Below, one piece after another: positions 60,140 to 64,000 of a DNA stretch of 64,000 bases. The DNA comes from a virus (Duplodnaviria > Caudoviricetes): positions 32,001 to 96,000 of IMG/VR virus record IMGVR_UViG_3300028914_000062. The stretch is one strand, 5' to 3'. Made by a program: the position numbers and the translations under genes. Below the pieces are notes generated by a model. That model had not been told where the DNA came from. It made no database searches and saw only the letters and a program-made list of their open reading frames with translations. Position 1 is the first letter of the stretch. Each line of letters opens with the position of its first letter.

Positions 60140-60637
60140 TTATACCACAGGAATAAAGTGCGTATACTGACGAATATGAAAGTTCATCTGATCCGCTGCA
60201 ACTTTTTTCGAGGCTTCCAGCCACTCATAAGCCTGTTTAACATAAAGTCTTACGGTATTAGTTACAAAATCCTCCAAGAAGATTTTGGCTTCGACATCTC
60301 CATTAATATCAGCAATATCAATAGCCTCGTAACAGAGTTTCTGGAAACTTTCAATCATATGCAAATTATCTGCGAATATTCCCTCAAGAGAATCATAATT
60401 TTCTGCAAAGCCATCAAGAGGCAGTCTTATTGGACGATCGTTCTTAGACAGCAAGAAGTCAGAAAGTAGATCTGCCCACGCCGGGAATATATGGGCATAA
60501 CTGTGATGATATAAATCTTCAATCTCATTAAAATAATGATATCCAAGATTGTATGCCAAATTATCTGCCTCTGCATTCATATTAAAGCATTCACGCAGAA
60601 GTTGACACATTTTATTATAAGTTACTTCTGTTAACAC
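60140..60637 (-). CDS. Ferritin-like (Dps/bacterioferritin superfamily) protein
   Basis: 165 aa, four-helix pattern; YHHSYAH..WADLL and EAIDIADINGD..IFLED; TAG-free. Confidence 0.6.
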   Translation of the reverse strand: MLTEVTYNKMCQLLRECFNMNAEADNLAYNLGYHYFNEIEDLYHHSYAHIFPAWADLLSDFLLSKNDRPIRLPLDGFAENYDSLEGIFADNLHMIESFQKLCYEAIDIADINGDVEAKIFLEDFVTNTVRLYVKQAYEWLEASKKVAADQMNFHIRQYTHFIPVV

Positions 60638-60657
60638 AAAACTTCCCTCCTTCTCAA

Positions 60658-62436
60658 TTAAATCATTTTATTTTCAGAGACGTTGTTTCCGGCATCTATA
60701 CTAGCTGCCGTAGCATCATTCTCCACATCGTTCTCATCCATCTTAGGACGACCAACGGGATTTTTCTCTTCGTCATTTGCGTCAACCAGGGCCACTTTTT
60801 CCAATTTATCATATATATCCATAGAATTAATATAAGCATCTATGGCTTCTGCGTCTCTCACAGTGAGATCTTCCGAAGAAAGCAGTTTTGGCATGAGGAA
60901 TTTATCTCCGCTCATAACCGCCTCTTTCAAGAATTTCTTCTCATTTTCCATTGTATAAATTCCGCCCCAAATGCGGATTTTCCAATGGTATTTAAGACCC
61001 AGAAGTTTATTGATAATTGTATTTAAAGCGTCTTCAAATTGACGCGTGACAAAGTCGTATTGAGATTCGGCCAAGAGTTGTGCACCCTTGACCTGTGCAA
61101 TGGAGGGTTTGTCGGACGCAATTATAATACCACCTTCACCAGATGTGGTGATAAAGTTTTTAATTGCGCTCGAAACCATATCGTTACTATTTACCGTATT
61201 CGGCAAAGACAATAATTGAATATTCTTTAACGGAGCGAAGAACGCTTCGGTGTTTGTAGAAGTCATCGCATTAAATGCGTCCTGTAAGCCCTTAAGGATC
61301 TCAGGATTAATCTTTGTTTGAGTTTTACCAGGCATTGCATTATCAACATATTCCGCCTCACCAGTAAGAATGGCGGTAAGCGGAGTGCTTGCAATAAGAC
61401 CTGCCAATGCTGAATAATCTGTAAGTTCTTGCAAATTCAAGAATAAAGATGCTGTATCCGGCACAACCCACACATGAGAGTTATCACTGCAGAAAGTATA
61501 ACAGATCTCTTGCGGCAGCTGTACCCAGAACATATAGGTACGATCCTTGGATTCCCAATTCGTTGCCATTTCTTTACCTTTATATGTAGATTTAAATTTC
61601 GTAGCAGCACTTGGAATAAACTTCATCGCCCCTTCAGAAGTCCTCGATATAACACCGGTTTCCAACATCTATTCCCAAACATTCTAGATATATTCAGAAT
61701 ATTGTTTGGGACTAAAGGCCGGGTTCATGAAGATCATCATATTAAAAGAAGCAATATATCCATGTTGACCAATACCGGTAAGTTTTACATATTGAGTAGG
61801 AAGCTTTTCAAGAGTTACATAATGCACTTCATCATCGTTCATTGCATAACGTACAATATAAGTACTTTTGCCATCTCTTTTAACTTCCAGAGCTTTCTGT
61901 TTCAAAGTTCTAGCAACGCCCAAAACTTCAAGCCATTTATCAACAAGTGCGTCTTCTCTCTTAAATTCTTTGCTCTTATATTCCTCAGGCTCCAACAGTT
62001 CTGGTACTTTATAATATTTATACGCCGGAATGTCACAAGCCTCGCGCAAAATCTTATAATAAAGATATTGAGTTGCAGAAAGCGCCCACGAAGAGCTCCT
62101 TAATGTTAACTCAGAAGATTGAGGGGCCTGAAGCGCCTTAACAATCTCTTCTTTGGATCGAGTCGCCGGCAAAGTATTAATCATCTTAAGTCGTTCATTT
62201 TGTAAGAATGGATTAAGACTATTTAACGTACCAAGCACAGGCAGCGCCACTTTCGAAGTGCCATCTGCATATTGACTCATCTACTGATAAATCTTTTCGT
62301 ATCCTTCTTTTAAATCCGCAAGAGTTACTTTTTGATTCTCATTACTCATCTAAAGAGTATCGGAAGATTCATTCGCTATCGGTTCCTTCTTCTTCGGTCT
62401 CCCCCTCGACTTCTTCGTCTCCTTTTCCTTCTCCAT
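60658..62436 (-). CDS. Portal protein, 592 aa in code 15
   Basis: Follows the terminase; KRDGK, KLPTQYVKLTG..FNM, C-terminal VGRPK; fragments 62280 and 61668 in frame via TAG. Confidence 0.8.
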
Positions 62437-62827
62437 CGGCTTCGGCTCCCCCTTTCTTTATAATGTTAGATGCGTTTTGGAGAATTGCAAGAACAGTATC
62501 GATTTTAGCTTTCATTTCTTGCAATTTATCCTATTGTTCTTTTTCTATTTTTATGGTATCAATAGCGTTGTAGTAATCGTGTACCCATTGCCACTCGGAA
62601 TCATAATCTTTGGGCTCCGGTCTCTCGATCTCCTGAATATAAAAATCTTTAATACCATATTTATTTAACTCTCGCGAAAGGCGAGATTTATTCACTTTTG
62701 GAAATAACGACTTAAAGAAAATAACGTCGGCGCCACAATATAAATCACCGATTTCATTTAAGCCATCTACAACTTCATCTAGATTCTTAACTTTATTTAT
62801 GTTAAAATGCACTTTACAGCAAATCAC
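62369..62827 (-). CDS. Hypothetical protein between terminase and portal
   Basis: ORF 62531-62827 extended through TAG to TGA at 62369. Confidence 0.55.
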
Positions 62828-62839
62828 TGAGCACCAACC

Positions 62840-64000
62840 TCACTTTCTTGAAAACGGATTTGTTCTATCTGCAAAAGGATTAACAATCTGCTTATGTTTG
62901 GGAGTTATGTTAAAAATATAATCATAATCTGTATCGACAGTTGTGTCGCCATAGATTTCCTCATTACGAAGAGTCATAATGTGCCACGCAAACAGTGCTA
63001 AACAATAAGCGCGGTCATCGTGCATTTTACGAATCACTGTATTAGGCAAGTGATACAATACCTAACCGGTATTCGCACTCTTTTCCTTTACGAAGTTAAC
63101 AACCTCTTCTTTCATAAGGTCCATTTCGACATAGGCAAATATTTCTTCTTGAGTTAATGTCGTAAGTTTTTCCTCAAGCTATAACTCGTGATTCTTTGGT
63201 AGGCAACAGGGGAAAATAATTAAATCCTATTGCACCAATTCACATAACCAAGCAAACATTTGTTGACGCCACTTTTTCGGCTCAACCATATGGCAACAGT
63301 CCACAGCGTGAGGATATTTTTCCAATTGCCTCCCCGCATCCGGATCGGTTGAATCAATAACTCCTCTATGCAACTATCCATTATGATCAACCCAGTCTTC
63401 CCAGAGACGTTCACAATATGTGCGTCCACCTCCACCAGCACCAATATCAACCATAAGCTAACAATTCTAATATTCGGGATTATTACCATTATAGTTAACA
63501 ATCATATCTCGAATGATCTATAATTGCTCATTGGTCCTCAAGGGCTTTTTGGTCCCATCTGGTAAACGATCAATTAAGTTTTGGCCATTTACTATGCGGC
63601 CCATCCATCCCTTTTGTGGATCTCTATATACCTCTCCTACCAGTGCAAACGAATTATCCATCTGCGCCGCAGGGTCGAAACAAATAGCATAGTGTCTGGG
63701 AATAGAACGATCGGCGATCGGTCGATATTCAAATTCTGGCAGATAATCACGCTCATTACGAGTAATCTCATAACGCTTGATCATGGCATCAGTTCCGCCA
63801 GTTTTGTCGAAAATGTTGTAATACTCCCTCATCGCTTTTGCCTCATTTTCTCTCATCGCCTGATCAATTTTATCCTACGTAAGCAACGGAGGATAAGCCT
63901 AACCATTAAGTGTCGGATGAAGAGGAATTTCACAGTTTATGTCTACACAGAAATAACCAGGAATTCCTTGTATCATCTTAATAGCACACTCTTTATAGCG
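62840..64000 (-). CDS. Terminase large subunit, C-terminal nuclease half (partial)
   Basis: AMREYYNIF, AICFDPAAQMDNS, IGAGGGG, HDDRAYCLAL RNase H-like motifs; fragments in frame via TAG. Confidence 0.88.

Larger units (their letters stand above)
1..64000 (-). mobile_element. Fragment of a large tailed bacteriophage genome (SPbeta-like gene order) using TAG=Gln (code 15)
   Basis: Contiguous minus-strand terminase-portal-protease-capsid-neck-tube-TMP-tail-lysin-replication modules; no host housekeeping context; ORFs broken only at TAG. Confidence 0.95.

Noticed and set aside
15566-62352. Recurring TAG-ATG junctions (e.g. 15569, 24245, 61669, 62281) suggesting stop-restart gene pairs
   Set aside because: No RBS before these ATGs, and conserved domains continue across them; consistent with chance Gln-Met dipeptides
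63220-63501. 93-aa minus-strand ORF within the terminase region (likewise 46613-46846, 16186-16632, 4304-4699)
   Set aside because: Alternative-frame overlaps of genes that are continuous in code 15
1-64000. Suppressor tRNA, release factor, CRISPR array or reverse transcriptase
   Set aside because: No cloverleaf/T-loop in the few intergenic gaps, no spaced short repeats and no RT motif seen by eye; tRNAscan-SE was not run

Overview
This 64 kb window is an internal fragment of a large tailed dsDNA phage, with almost all genes on the minus strand. The host is probably an anaerobic Firmicute (Clostridia-like), judging from the sigmaA-type promoters, AGGAG ribosome-binding sites, class III ribonucleotide reductase and amidase lysin. 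The phage reads TAG as Gln (genetic code 15). The many short ORFs in the supplied track are fragments of intact genes split only at TAG, every true gene end checked is TAA or TGA, and TAG aligns with CAA/CAG in internal paralogs. Read in code 15 from right to left, the window holds: terminase, portal, ferritin-like and holin-like genes, prohead protease/scaffold, head decoration, major capsid, neck genes, two paralogous tail tube genes, holin, RuvC-like resolvase, tyrosine recombinase, a giant 4245-aa tape measure protein, baseplate and fibre genes, endolysin, then a GT2-NrdD-FTR operon and a replication module (SSB, AAA ATPase, DnaB, primase, PD-(D/E)XK nuclease, DnaE). The gene order resembles SPbeta-like siphophages. 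The main highlight is the tape measure protein, whose ~2600-aa N-terminal extension contains an intact-looking PD-(D/E)XK nuclease and a DEDDh exonuclease, both invisible in the standard code. Other points of note: very uneven TAG use between genes, a shared operator-like motif at three promoters, GC-rich patches in nrdD, and a perfect 1236-bp duplication in a fibre gene. No tRNA, CRISPR array or reverse transcriptase was found in the window. All frame checks and codon counts were done by hand.
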